The notes below the pieces were generated by a model. It did not search any database, was not told where the DNA came from, and saw only the letters and a list, made by a program, of their open reading frames with translations. Below, piece after piece: positions 42,529 to 52,672 of a stretch of 64,000 nt of DNA (position 1 is its first letter; each line of letters starts with the position of its first letter). Position numbers and translations under genes: made by a program. The DNA comes from an uncultured Chloroflexia bacterium (GTDB taxonomy: Bacteria > Chloroflexota > Limnocylindria > Limnocylindrales > CSP1-4): NCBI GenBank assembly GCA_963772565.1, contig CAVYXU010000033.1:5323-69322 (forward strand), read 5' to 3'.

Positions 42529-43416
42529 ATGAGTGACGCCATCCCCCGGGGATCAATCGACCGGTCCCGCCCGATCACGCCCGTGGAGCAGCCCGCCCGT
42601 CTGGCCGCGCTGGTCGAGGCCGTTCGGGGGCGCACGGACCTCATCCCACGCGCCGGCATCGTGCTCGGGTCCGGGCTCGGCGATCTCGCGGATGGCCTCG
42701 ACAACCCCGTTGCGATCCCGTTCGCGGAGCTGCCGGGCTGGCCCGTCGCGACGGCGCCCGGGCACGCCGGCCGGCTGCTGCTGGGAGGGCTCGGCGGAGT
42801 CCCCGTCGCGATGCTCCAGGGTCGTCTCCATATCTACGAGGGCAATGACCCCGGACTTGTCGTCCAGCCGGTGCTGCTGTTCCGTCAGCTTGGCGCCCAG
42901 CTCGTGGTGCTGACCAATGCCGCGGGCGGCGTGGACCCGACGTTCCGGCCCGGGACGCTGATGGTGATCTCGGACCACCTCAACCTGACCGGGCGCACGC
43001 CGTTGCTGGGACCCAATGCGGATGAGCTCGGGCCGCGGTTCACGGACCTGACCGACGTCTGGTCGCCGCGCCTTCGCCAGCGGCTCCGCGACGCGGGCGT
43101 TGCCGAGGGCGTGGAGCTCGCCGAGGGCGTCTATGCGGGCCTGCTCGGTCCCTCGTACGAGACACCGGCCGAGGTGCGGATGCTCCGCACCATGGGCGCC
43201 GACGCCGTCGGCATGTCCACGGTGCTCGAGGCGATCGCTGCACGCTGGGTCGGGCTCGAGGTCTGCGGGGTGTCCCTGGTGACGAACGCCGGCGCGGGGT
43301 ACAGCGGCCAGCCGCTGAGCCACGCCGAGGTGCTCGAGGCTGCCGAGCGTGCCGGCCCGGACCTGGCGCGAGTGATCCGACGGTTCCTCGGGAGCCTGCC
43401 GCCCCCGCCTGGCTGA
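42529..43416 (+). CDS. punA: Purine-nucleoside phosphorylase (trimeric type)
   Basis: VLGSGLG, GHAG, GRLHIYEG, TNAAGG, GPSYETPAE, VGMST. Confidence 0.95.
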   Translation: MSDAIPRGSIDRSRPITPVEQPARLAALVEAVRGRTDLIPRAGIVLGSGLGDLADGLDNPVAIPFAELPGWPVATAPGHAGRLLLGGLGGVPVAMLQGRLHIYEGNDPGLVVQPVLLFRQLGAQLVVLTNAAGGVDPTFRPGTLMVISDHLNLTGRTPLLGPNADELGPRFTDLTDVWSPRLRQRLRDAGVAEGVELAEGVYAGLLGPSYETPAEVRMLRTMGADAVGMSTVLEAIAARWVGLEVCGVSLVTNAGAGYSGQPLSHAEVLEAAERAGPDLARVIRRFLGSLPPPPG

Positions 43417-43492
43417 CGGGCGGTCTTCGCCGGGCGTGGCGATGCCCCGCCCGAGGGCGGGGCATCGACCGGGAGGAGGGAGCGCGACCGGG

Positions 43493-44311
43493 CTAGCGGC
43501 GAACCGGGCCCAGCGCGTAGAAGAGCGAGCCGACGAACGCGGCGCCGAACACCGCGAGGAGCAGCAGGGCGATGCCAGCGCCGGACGAAGCCGGAGCCGA
43601 GTCACCCACGGTGTCGGTGGCGGGCGCCAGGATGGCGTCGACCCCGACCGCGGCCGTCAGGCTCTCGCCCTGGAGCGACCCGATCGCGAACACGCTGTAC
43701 GCGTGACCAGCGGCAAGGTCGAGGGCGGGCGGATCGAGCGGACACACCGTGTTGTCGGAACTGGCGCAGACCTTGAGGTCGTACGAGCCTGGATCAAGCG
43801 TGAGGTAGCCGGTGGCGTCCGGGTAGGCGAGGTTCTCGACGACCTTCGCGCCGCCGTCCTGGGTCAGGACGTCAACCGCCGGGGTGTCGGCCGAGAAGTG
43901 AACGACGCGGACGAGCGTCTTGTCAGCGACCGGAGTCGCGTCGTCGGTGATGATCTGGGCCTCGATCGAGGCGAGCACGTTGGTCGCCGCGATGGTGTAG
44001 TGGGTTCCGGCTGAGAGGACAACCCCGCTTGCGTCGATCGGGCAGATCGAGGCGTCGGCGGCCGCGCAGACCTTGATGTCGTAGGTCCCCGCCGGCAGCG
44101 CGACATACGCCGACAGGTCGCCGAACTCGAGCCCGGCGAGCGGGGCGCCGACCTTGGTGCCGTCGACGTATACGTCGACCGCGGGTGCATCGGGCGAGGC
44201 GTGGAGCACGCGAACCATCGCGTCGTCCGCCGCTGCGACGGGAGCCGCGAACGCGCCGAGCATCAGGACCGAGGCAACGATCGCCGCGGGTCGTGAAAGG
44301 TTCCTGGACAT
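43493..44311 (-). CDS. DUF4397 secreted protein with sortase-like C-terminal anchor
   Basis: Signal peptide, two VRV(L/V)H.S.D.PAVDV repeats, APATD followed by a TM segment and RR; SD GGAGG. Confidence 0.88.
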   Translation of the reverse strand: MSRNLSRPAAIVASVLMLGAFAAPVAAADDAMVRVLHASPDAPAVDVYVDGTKVGAPLAGLEFGDLSAYVALPAGTYDIKVCAAADASICPIDASGVVLSAGTHYTIAATNVLASIEAQIITDDATPVADKTLVRVVHFSADTPAVDVLTQDGGAKVVENLAYPDATGYLTLDPGSYDLKVCASSDNTVCPLDPPALDLAAGHAYSVFAIGSLQGESLTAAVGVDAILAPATDTVGDSAPASSGAGIALLLLAVFGAAFVGSLFYALGPVRR

Positions 44312-44374
44312 TGAGTCTTCCTCCTGGTGGTTGAACGGTCGCGGTGATCCGGGTCTGGGGCCCGGCCGGAACCG

Positions 44375-44448
44375 TCGTACAACCTATGTATAAGGTACGT
44401 CGAGACATTACCCAGGAACCGGAGCGATGTCAAGACTCTGTATAAGGT
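44375..44448 (-). promoter_or_regulatory. Sigma70 promoter overlapped by 11-bp direct repeats (CarH/LitR-like operator)
   Basis: TTGACA(44433-44428)-17 bp-TAATGT(44410-44405); five nnnnTnnAC(A/G)n units. Confidence 0.65.
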
Positions 44449-44574
44449 AGCGGACAGGAACACGCGAAGGGCAGAGCCTTCGTATACGGCGTGGGAAGGC
44501 CGCGGGCTGGGCTCTGCGGCGCGGGCTGCCGGCGCGGGCTGCCGGGGCGGGCTGCCTGGGCAGGCCCGCGGGCG

Positions 44575-45432
44575 TCAGCGGACCGGCAGGTCCCGCCCCG
44601 CGGCCTTGGCTGCGTCGCGCGTCTGGGCCCAGGCCGCGAGCACGTTGTCCTTGTGCGGCCGGATCGGGCAGTGCTCGTCGCGATTGTTGAACTCGTCGCA
44701 GTAGCCCAGCGGCACGCATTTCGGGGCCAGGAACGAGCCCAGGAACGGCGACACGCCGAAGACCTCGTGCCGGATCAGCTGGAACAGTCGCCGGATCTCC
44801 CACTGGGCCATGGTGCACAGCCGGAGACCCGACATATGGATCAGCGCCCGCAGGTTGGTCGTCATCACGAGGTTGGTGCGGGTCGCGTTGGGGAACACGA
44901 ACCGCGCGTCCTCGCCGGGCACGCCCGCGCCGACCAGCTCCTCGTACAGGCCGAGCGCGCCATCGACCTGCTCCTCGTACCGCGCCCGGAGCTGCGAGTC
45001 GCCCTCCGCGATCGTCGCCGGCAGCATCGTGGCCGCGCCCTTGTATTTGACGTAGCGCTGGCTCTGCTGGTCGAACGCGACCCCCGCGCGGTGGCGCACG
45101 AGCTGGTGCGACAGCGTGCGCGACACGCCGCTGAGGGCGAACGTGAACACGATGTGCTCGATCGTGGAGCCGTGCCCGGACTCGATCACGTTGCCGATCA
45201 GGCGCTGCATGCTGGCCGGGGCGACCTCGCCCTCGACGGCCCGCCGGAAGATCTCCTGCGGCTCCAGCTCCGAGTAGCAGGTTCGACAGGCCGTGTACAC
45301 CAGCGGCACGTAGTAGCGCTCGACGATCGCCTTGTCCGGGAACAGGAGCGATGCCTTCATGCCCAGCTCGTGGCGGCCGGGATTGCGCGGGATCGTGGAC
45401 TTCGTGCGCTGGGGAGCGGGCGCCTCTGCCAT
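44575..45432 (-). CDS. thyX: FAD-dependent thymidylate synthase
   Basis: GHGSTIEH, SHQLVRHRAGVAFDQQSQRY, EDARFVFP, AQWEIR. Confidence 0.95.
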   Translation of the reverse strand: MAEAPAPQRTKSTIPRNPGRHELGMKASLLFPDKAIVERYYVPLVYTACRTCYSELEPQEIFRRAVEGEVAPASMQRLIGNVIESGHGSTIEHIVFTFALSGVSRTLSHQLVRHRAGVAFDQQSQRYVKYKGAATMLPATIAEGDSQLRARYEEQVDGALGLYEELVGAGVPGEDARFVFPNATRTNLVMTTNLRALIHMSGLRLCTMAQWEIRRLFQLIRHEVFGVSPFLGSFLAPKCVPLGYCDEFNNRDEHCPIRPHKDNVLAAWAQTRDAAKAAGRDLPVR

Positions 45433-45458
45433 CTGCGCAGTCTAGCGTCAGGGGCCGC

Positions 45459-46784
45459 TCAGGCGGCGACGCGCACCACGCGCGGCGGGCGGTCAACGTG
45501 GCGGAACCACAGCCAGTACAGCGCGGTGGCCACCGAGTACAGGGCGATGATCGTCACGAAGTTGACGGCGTAGCCGCCGTCGAAGCCCAGGGTCGCCTGG
45601 AGGACCGCGTACCACGTCCCCCCGATGACCCAGCCCACCTGCCACAGCACGCTCATCGCGGCCGACAGCGTGGCTCGCTCGACCGGCGACACCTGCTCCA
45701 TGGCAAACGCTGTGAAGATCGGGTTGCCCGCGTTCATCAGCGAGTTGCGAACCGCCATGGCCAGGATCACCGACCACAGGATGGGCGAGAACCCGAGCAC
45801 CGCGAGGAAGGGGATGCTGGCGCCCTGGACGAGGACGACCGAGGTGATCTGGCCGAATCGCCGAGCCAGCCGGGGCTGGAACAGGATCGCTGCCACGGTG
45901 CCCATCGAGGTCACGGCGAACACCGCGTTGAGTGAGGCAAGGTCCAGGCCGAACTTGCGCTGCACGTACAGGTTGAGGAACGGGATCACCTGACCGGCAC
46001 CGATCGAGATCAGGAAGCCGGGCACGACCAGGCGTGCGAACACGCCGCGATTCCGGATCGTGATCCCCAGCAGCGTGCGCGAGCGGCGCGGGTCGGGCGG
46101 GAACGCGGCCGGCTCGCCGAAGCGTCGCAACCGTGGACCGGCGATGGACCGGGGGCGATCGTCGGTCAGCCTGGTGACGATGGCCAGGCCGGCCAGCACC
46201 AAGCACACCATGATGACCAGGATCACCCGGTACGTCCCCGGCCCCGCCGGGTCAAGCCCCACCGCGGCAGCGACGACGCCGGCGACGAGGCCGCCCAGGA
46301 TCGCGGCGACGATGTTGGTGACGTTCTGGATCGCGAACTGGAGGGCGAACAGCTCGTTGCGGTGCGACCGGTCGCTGTGCTCGGTGAGGTACGGCGAGAG
46401 CACCACCAGGAAAGCCTGCTGGCCGGCCGCCCAGACGGCCGCGAACGCGATCAGGGCGGGCAGCGCATCGGAGACCAGCAGGCCCACCAGGGCGAACAGC
46501 GACGCGAGCAGCCCGCCCGCGAAGATCCGCCTCCGGCCGAGCCGGTCAGACGCGGCGCTGGCCGGGAACGCAACCAGCGCGCCCGCGACCGATGCGATCG
46601 TGGACACGAGCCCGATCGTCGCGGTGCTCAGCCCCAGCGATGCGAGGTACAGGTTGAAGTCGATCCAGTAGAGGCTGAGTGCGGCGCCGGCGACCAGGCT
46701 GATGACCAGGAGCAGGCGCGCGTCGCGATGGAAGCGGCCGAGCGCGGCGAAGGAGACGCCGCGCGATCGGCGAACGGGCGTCAT
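45459..46784 (-). CDS. MFS transporter
   Basis: About 12 TM segments, SDRLGRR motif A. Confidence 0.9.
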   Translation of the reverse strand: MTPVRRSRGVSFAALGRFHRDARLLLVISLVAGAALSLYWIDFNLYLASLGLSTATIGLVSTIASVAGALVAFPASAASDRLGRRRIFAGGLLASLFALVGLLVSDALPALIAFAAVWAAGQQAFLVVLSPYLTEHSDRSHRNELFALQFAIQNVTNIVAAILGGLVAGVVAAAVGLDPAGPGTYRVILVIMVCLVLAGLAIVTRLTDDRPRSIAGPRLRRFGEPAAFPPDPRRSRTLLGITIRNRGVFARLVVPGFLISIGAGQVIPFLNLYVQRKFGLDLASLNAVFAVTSMGTVAAILFQPRLARRFGQITSVVLVQGASIPFLAVLGFSPILWSVILAMAVRNSLMNAGNPIFTAFAMEQVSPVERATLSAAMSVLWQVGWVIGGTWYAVLQATLGFDGGYAVNFVTIIALYSVATALYWLWFRHVDRPPRVVRVAA

Positions 46785-46813
46785 GCGTAAGAGGCGATCG
46801 TCGCGCGCGACGT

Positions 46814-46884
46814 GCCGGAGGGCCGCCGACCGCCGGAGGGCCGCCGACGCCGGAGGGCCGCCGACCGCCGGAGGGCCGCCGGCC
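46814..46884. repeat. 18-bp tandem repeat, four copies
   Basis: gccggagggccgccgacc units. Confidence 0.85.
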
Positions 46885-46960
46885 ACCGGAGTGCCGCAGG
46901 CTGCCCCGCGTTGGTGTCGCGAACCGGCGATGTGGCGTGCCCGTCATCGGGCGCCCGGGG

Positions 46961-47194
46961 TCAGTAGTAGTCGGAGCACGAGAGGAAGTAGCCGCACCGG
47001 CAAATGAGCTTGCACTTCCGCTCGTCCATCTGCGCCCCGCAGTTGGCGCACACGAGCACGAGCTCACCCGGATCGTCGGGCTCGACGTCCTCCCGACCGG
47101 ACCCGCCGCGGGCCGAGGCCGCCGGGGTCGCGTCGCCGATCAGCCGGATCGGGCTCGCGGGGTGATGGTCGAGATGGGTCCCGGACGCGTCCAC
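46961..47194 (-). CDS. Small Cys-rich zinc-ribbon protein
   Basis: CANCG...KCKLICRCGYFLSCSDYY; TACGAT 7 nt before the GTG. Confidence 0.7.
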   Translation of the reverse strand: MDASGTHLDHHPASPIRLIGDATPAASARGGSGREDVEPDDPGELVLVCANCGAQMDERKCKLICRCGYFLSCSDYY

Positions 47195-47212
47195 GCCCGC
47201 CATCGTACGCTG

Positions 47213-49882
47213 TCAAGACCCGGCGGATGGACCCGACGCGAGGCTGTCGGCGAGCCCGAGCGCCCGGGCCATCGCATCGGGGCGCGGCCAGGCGGCGCCC
47301 TCGTCCAGCGCCGCCCGAAGGGCGGCATCGGGCGTGTCCAGATCCGCGGTCACGATCGGGCCCGTCGGCCACAGGCCAGCGAGGTGCACGCCCGTCTCGG
47401 CGCTCGCCTGGCGCGATGCGCCGGCGATCCGGTAGGCCTCGACCTCGCGTCCGGCGAGCAGGAGCGCGCTGGGCAGCGCGGACAGGCACAGCACCAGCCC
47501 GGAGACGTCCCCCGCCCGCTGGAACTCGCGGAGGGCGGCGCCGAGGTCGGAGCCCGCACCGGCGGTGTTGCCGGCGAGCGTCCTCGCGAACGCGCGGGTG
47601 AAGTGAGCCCAGGCAATCCAGAAGGTGTCGCCCATCCGCTCGAACAGTGCCAGCGCCTCGGTCGCCGCCGTCTCCGCCTGCCCGGTCTCCCGGCGATAGC
47701 TGTGGTGCTCGGCAAGCGCCCACAGACCCTTGGCGCGCCCGTCGTCATCGCCGATCCGCGTCCAGATCTCGAGCGCCTCATTGAGGAACGGACGGCTGTC
47801 GTCGGCGAGCCCGGCGATCCACTCCTCGGTCGAGGCGCTTGGACGACTCGCGAAGAAGTGGTTGTAGAGCGCGTTGGCGAGCTCGCCCTCGTCGCCCAGC
47901 CGTCGGGCCATGACCTCTGCCTCGGCGTAGTTGGCGTTCGCGGCGCGCATGTCGCCGCTCCAGTAGGCGAGCCCGCCCGCGGCTTCGAGCGCGTGGAGGC
48001 GTCCGGCCGACGGATCGCCGCCCCAGCCCGGCATCGCCAGCACCCGATCCACCCGGTTGCGTCCCTCGATGAGGTGCCCGCGCATCTGCCAGAAGCGCCA
48101 CGCCGCGTGGACGAACGCGGCGGCCCCCTCGCGGTCGCCGGCCGCGACCAGGTTGTCGACGGCCGCTCGAAGGTTGTCGTGGTCGTCCTCGAGGCGGTCG
48201 AGCCAGCGGGCGCGGTCGCCGGCACCACCATCGCCGGCCGCCTCGCTGATCAGGGCGAGGAAGGCGGCCGCGTGGCGCGCACGGAGCGCATCCAGCTCGC
48301 CGCGCTCGGCAAGCTGCTCGAGGGCGAACTCGCGGATCGTCTCCAGCATCGCGAACCGGACATCGCCGTGCGCGTCATCGGTGATCCGCACGAGGCTCTG
48401 CTCCGCCAGGCGCTCGAGCCCGGCCAGAACGTCCGCGGGAGGGTCGTCCGTGTCCAGCGCGCACACGCGCTCCACGAGCTCCAGCGGACCGCCCCCGGCG
48501 AACGTGCCGATCCGCGCGAACAGGCGCCGCTCGTCCGGCTCGAGCAGGTCGTGGCTCCAGGCGATCGCCCCGCGGAGCGTCCGCTGCCGCTCCGGCAGGT
48601 CGCGACCGCCGGAGCGCAGGAGGCCCAGCCGGTCGTCCAGGCGGCTGGCCATCGCCGCGGGCGCGAGGAGGCGGATCCGGGCCGCCGCGAGCTCGATGGC
48701 CAGCGGCAGGCCGTCGAGCGCGGTGACGATCTCGGCCACGTGGCGACCGTTCGCGGCCGTCAGGGTGAAGTCCGGTCGCACGGCCATGGCCCGCTCGACG
48801 AACAGGCGGACCGCCTCGGACTCCATGAGCGTGTCCACGTCCGACGCTCCCCTCGGCGGGAGGGACAGCGGCGGCACCGGGAACTCCTGTTCGCCCGTCA
48901 CGCGCAGCGGCGCCCGGCTGGACGTGATCACCGTGAGCTGCGGCGCTGCGCGCAGCAGATCCGCGACCAGCGGCGCTCCGGCGACGACCTGTTCGAAGTT
49001 GTCGAGCACGAGCAGGGCCGTCCGGTCCCGGAAGTGTTCGACGACGCGCTCGAGCGGCGGCTGGCCCGGGGCGAGCAGCCCGACCGAGGATGCGATCGCG
49101 GACGCGATGAGGTCGGGGTCGGTGACGGCGGCCAGCGGGACGAACCACGCGCCCCCGGGAAACCGATCGACGCAGTCCCCCGCGAGCGCCAGCGACAGCC
49201 GCGTTTTCCCGGTTCCGCCGGGGCCCGTGAGCGTGAGCAGGCGCGTGCCGGCGAGGAGCGCCGACGCATCGGCCAGCTCTGCGCGGCCGACGAAGCTCGT
49301 CAGCTGCGGCGGCAGGTTGTTGGGCGTTGCATTGAGGGTACGCAGCGGCGGGAAGTCGTCGGCGAGGTTCGCGGAGGCGACCTGGTACAGGTGCTCCGGC
49401 CGGGTCAGGTCCTTGAGCCGGTGCTCGCCGAGGTCGCGCAGCCGGATGTCGGCGGGCAGGTCCGCCGCCAGGGCGCGCGTCGCGTCAGTGATGAGCAGCT
49501 GGCCGCCATGGGCCGCCGAGGCCACGCGGGCGGCGCGGTGGACCTCGAGCCCAACGTAGTCGTCGCCGACCACCTGAGCCTCGCCGGTGTGGACGCCCAT
49601 CCGGACCCGGACGGGTCCCGAGGGCCACTGGTGTGCGGCGATCGACCGCTGCGCGGCCACGGAGGCCCGGATCGCCGCCGAGGCGGACCCGAACGCGACG
49701 AAGTGGGCATCACCCTCGGATCCGAACGGAACGCCGCCCTCCGCGATCGCCGCGTCGGTCACGAGCGAACGCTCGGTCGCGAGAAGCTCGCCGTAGGCGG
49801 CGTCGCCGACGGCGGCGACGAGCTTCGTCGACCCCTCGATGTCGGTGAACAGGAAGGTGACGGTTCCTGTCGGGAGGTTCAC
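47213..49882 (-). CDS. Class III adenylate/guanylate cyclase-STAND ATPase-TPR protein (copy 2)
   Basis: FLFTDIEGST, EGDA, VHRAAR, GPGGTGKT, VLDNFE, GLPLAIEL, helical repeats. Confidence 0.92.
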   Translation of the reverse strand: MNLPTGTVTFLFTDIEGSTKLVAAVGDAAYGELLATERSLVTDAAIAEGGVPFGSEGDAHFVAFGSASAAIRASVAAQRSIAAHQWPSGPVRVRMGVHTGEAQVVGDDYVGLEVHRAARVASAAHGGQLLITDATRALAADLPADIRLRDLGEHRLKDLTRPEHLYQVASANLADDFPPLRTLNATPNNLPPQLTSFVGRAELADASALLAGTRLLTLTGPGGTGKTRLSLALAGDCVDRFPGGAWFVPLAAVTDPDLIASAIASSVGLLAPGQPPLERVVEHFRDRTALLVLDNFEQVVAGAPLVADLLRAAPQLTVITSSRAPLRVTGEQEFPVPPLSLPPRGASDVDTLMESEAVRLFVERAMAVRPDFTLTAANGRHVAEIVTALDGLPLAIELAAARIRLLAPAAMASRLDDRLGLLRSGGRDLPERQRTLRGAIAWSHDLLEPDERRLFARIGTFAGGGPLELVERVCALDTDDPPADVLAGLERLAEQSLVRITDDAHGDVRFAMLETIREFALEQLAERGELDALRARHAAAFLALISEAAGDGGAGDRARWLDRLEDDHDNLRAAVDNLVAAGDREGAAAFVHAAWRFWQMRGHLIEGRNRVDRVLAMPGWGGDPSAGRLHALEAAGGLAYWSGDMRAANANYAEAEVMARRLGDEGELANALYNHFFASRPSASTEEWIAGLADDSRPFLNEALEIWTRIGDDDGRAKGLWALAEHHSYRRETGQAETAATEALALFERMGDTFWIAWAHFTRAFARTLAGNTAGAGSDLGAALREFQRAGDVSGLVLCLSALPSALLLAGREVEAYRIAGASRQASAETGVHLAGLWPTGPIVTADLDTPDAALRAALDEGAAWPRPDAMARALGLADSLASGPSAGS

Positions 49883-52656
49883 GAGCGGTCCCCAGAGCCT
49901 GCCGCATCGGGCACCGTCCCGGCCGGCCCGGCCCCCGCGCTGGCCTCCGGAGCGGTCTCGCTCAGCGCGTACCGCACGCCCTCCTCGAGCGTCATGGCCG
50001 CCCCCTCCGCCGCGTACCGATCCAGCTCGTCGGGGGGGATCACCTCCCGCACGGACGCGTTCGCGCCCTCCTCGAACGATTCCTCGACGAACCGGGCAAG
50101 GTCTGCACCGGATGTCTGCTGAAGTCGACGCGCGAGCCCGTGGAGCCGCCCGGCCTTGACCCGATCGCCATCGATTGCCGCGACCCACGACAGGCGGTCG
50201 AACATCATCGTGACCCCGGCGACATCGCCCGCGGCATCGAACATGTGCAGTGCGTCGGTGAGGAGCTGGCGGGCCCGCGCCAGATCGCCCAGCTTGAACA
50301 GCGCCGAGCCGAGCTGGCGCATCGCCCACGCCTCCTGCGTCCGGTCGCCAACCTGGCGGTACAGCCGCAGCGCCTCCTCGAGCGGTGCCTGGGCCTGCTC
50401 GTTCTCGTTGAGGAAGTAGTGGTGGATCCCGATCCCCCACAGGGCGTTTGCGGTTCCCTTGGCATCAGCCGTACCGCGGTACAGCTCCAGCGCCTCGGTG
50501 AGGAGCGACAGGGCGTGCCGGCGGTCCTCCGGCGTCGCCATGCCCCCGATCGTGAAGCAGAACGAGAGGTTGTACAGCGCGTTGGCGACGTCGGCGGACG
50601 AGCCGGTCGCGCGCCGGATCGCGAGCGCCTCTTCGTAGGGTGGGCGCGCGCCGGCGAAGTCGCCGTGCCAGTAGGCCACGCCACCGGCGGCTTCCAGCGC
50701 ATCGGCGCGCAGCGGGGTCGCCGCCGCCGCCCACGGCTGTACGAGCAAACCCTCGAGGCGGCGACGCGCCTCACGAAGGTGGCCCCGCTTCTGCCAGAAG
50801 CGCCAGCTGCGGGCCGCCAGCGCCAGCGCGATCTCCGGCCGGGCCGCCCCCTCGGACCAGTCGAGGGCAGCGCGGATGTTGTCGTGCTCGAGCTCCAGCT
50901 TGTCGAGCCATCGCCGCTGATCGTCACCCGCCAGCAGCGGCTCGAGACGCGCCGCCAGGGCAAGGAATGCGACCGCATGCCGCTCGGGCAGCTGCTCTGC
51001 GTCGCCGGACGCCTCGAGGCGCTCGAGCGCGAACTCCCGGATCGGCTCGAGCAGCGAGAACCTCGGCTCGCCGTCGGCGTCGCCGGTGCGGACCAGGCTC
51101 TGGTCGGCGAGCGTCGCCAGCCCGTCCAGCATGTCCAGGCCGGGATCCTGGCTCCCGCCCGCGACGGACTCGGCGCAGTCGAGATCGAACCCGCCCGCGA
51201 ACACCGCCAGGCGCTCCAGCAGCAGCCGGTGACGATCGTCGAGCAGCTCGTGGCTCCACGCGATCGCCCCACGCAGCGTGCGCTGCCGTTCGGGAACGTC
51301 CAACGCCCCGGCACCGGGCAGGTCGAGCCGCTGCTCCAGCCGCTCGTGGATCGCCGCGGGCGTGAGGTACCGCAGCCGGGCGGCGGCCAGCTCGAGCGCC
51401 AGCGGGATCCCGTCGAGGTGCGACACGATCGCGGCGACATCGCCCGCATTGGCATCGGTGAGCTCGAACCCCGGTCGAACGGCCGTCCCGCGCGCGATGA
51501 ACAGCTTCACTGCCTCGAACCCGGCCAGGCTGGCGGCGTCCTGTCGCCGAAGCGGAGCCGACAGCCGCTCGCGCTCCATGAACCCCAGCCGCTCGAGAGC
51601 GATCGGCGAGGGCAGGCCGGACACCGGATACTCCTGCTCGCCCGAGATCCGCAGCGGCGATCGGCTCGTTGCCAGGATGTGGAGTCTGGGCAGCGCCTTG
51701 AGCATCTCGGCGACGATCGGCGAGGCCCCGGGTAGCTGCTCCAGGTTGTCGAGCACGATCAGCACCCGGCGACCCGCCAGCGCGTCCACAAGCTGGTCGA
51801 TCGGGGCCTTCTCGACGTTCTCAGTGCCTCCGACGGTCCTGGTGATCGTGGGGACGATCAACAGCGGATCGCGCACCGCGGCCAGCGGGACCCACCACAA
51901 TCCGTCCGGAAACCGCTCGGCAACCCCCGCCGCCAGCTGGAGCGACAGGCGGGTCTTGCCCGTCCCTCCGGGGCCGGTCAGGGTGAGCAGCCGGGTCCCA
52001 TCGACCAGCGCGCTCGCTTCGGCGAGCTCGCGCTCGCGTCCGATGAACGAGGTCAGCTGCGTGGGCAGGTTGTTCGGCCGCGCGTCGAGCGAGCGGATCG
52101 GCGGGTAGTCGGCCGGCAGGCCCTCGACGACCAGCTGCGCGATCTGCTCGGGCCGGAGGTCCTTGAGGCGATGTGCCCCGAGCGAGCGGAGGCCGAGGTC
52201 ATCGGACATTCGTCCTTCGACCCTGGCGGTCGCGGATTCCGACAACAGCACCTGGCCGCCATGCGCCGCCGCCGCGACGCGAGCCGCGCGGTGGACATCG
52301 TGACCAACGTAGCTGCCGTCGGGATCGAGCTCACCGGTGCCGGCGTGGATACCCATCCGGACCCGGACCGGGGCACCGTCCGGCCATGACTCACCGGCAA
52401 GGTCGCGCTGGGCATCGGCGGCGGCCAGCACGGCCGCGAGCGGATCCCGGAACACCGCGAAGAAGCCATCGCCCTCGGTCGCGACCTCGTGCCCCTCGTG
52501 GCCGGCGAGCGCTGATCGAATGATCTGACGGTGCCGCGCAAGGATCGGGCTCCACGCGGCAGTGCCGAGGGTCTCGACCAGGCGGGTCGAGCCTTCGATG
52601 TCCGTGAACAGGAAGGCGATCTGACCGGTCGGGCGGTCGAGGGACAACACCGTCAC
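49879..52656 (-). CDS. Class III adenylate/guanylate cyclase-STAND ATPase-TPR protein (copy 1)
   Basis: FLFTDIEGST, EGDG, VHRAAR, GPGGTGKT, VLDNLE, GIPLALEL, TPRs. Confidence 0.92.
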   Translation of the reverse strand: MTVLSLDRPTGQIAFLFTDIEGSTRLVETLGTAAWSPILARHRQIIRSALAGHEGHEVATEGDGFFAVFRDPLAAVLAAADAQRDLAGESWPDGAPVRVRMGIHAGTGELDPDGSYVGHDVHRAARVAAAAHGGQVLLSESATARVEGRMSDDLGLRSLGAHRLKDLRPEQIAQLVVEGLPADYPPIRSLDARPNNLPTQLTSFIGRERELAEASALVDGTRLLTLTGPGGTGKTRLSLQLAAGVAERFPDGLWWVPLAAVRDPLLIVPTITRTVGGTENVEKAPIDQLVDALAGRRVLIVLDNLEQLPGASPIVAEMLKALPRLHILATSRSPLRISGEQEYPVSGLPSPIALERLGFMERERLSAPLRRQDAASLAGFEAVKLFIARGTAVRPGFELTDANAGDVAAIVSHLDGIPLALELAAARLRYLTPAAIHERLEQRLDLPGAGALDVPERQRTLRGAIAWSHELLDDRHRLLLERLAVFAGGFDLDCAESVAGGSQDPGLDMLDGLATLADQSLVRTGDADGEPRFSLLEPIREFALERLEASGDAEQLPERHAVAFLALAARLEPLLAGDDQRRWLDKLELEHDNIRAALDWSEGAARPEIALALAARSWRFWQKRGHLREARRRLEGLLVQPWAAAATPLRADALEAAGGVAYWHGDFAGARPPYEEALAIRRATGSSADVANALYNLSFCFTIGGMATPEDRRHALSLLTEALELYRGTADAKGTANALWGIGIHHYFLNENEQAQAPLEEALRLYRQVGDRTQEAWAMRQLGSALFKLGDLARARQLLTDALHMFDAAGDVAGVTMMFDRLSWVAAIDGDRVKAGRLHGLARRLQQTSGADLARFVEESFEEGANASVREVIPPDELDRYAAEGAAMTLEEGVRYALSETAPEASAGAGPAGTVPDAAGSGDRS

Positions 52657-52672
52657 CGCTCCTGGCCCGCCC

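Noticed and set aside
42118-42532. ORF 42188..42532 and the N-terminal extension of PNP
   Set aside because: No recognisable motifs or SD; the region is better explained as structured RNA, and PNP has a leaderless start at 42529.
46937-50122. 1061-aa plus-strand ORF and similar long antisense ORFs (22071..24485, 35036..37378, 38239..40434)
   Set aside because: Shadow ORFs opposite well-supported genes, as expected in high-GC DNA.
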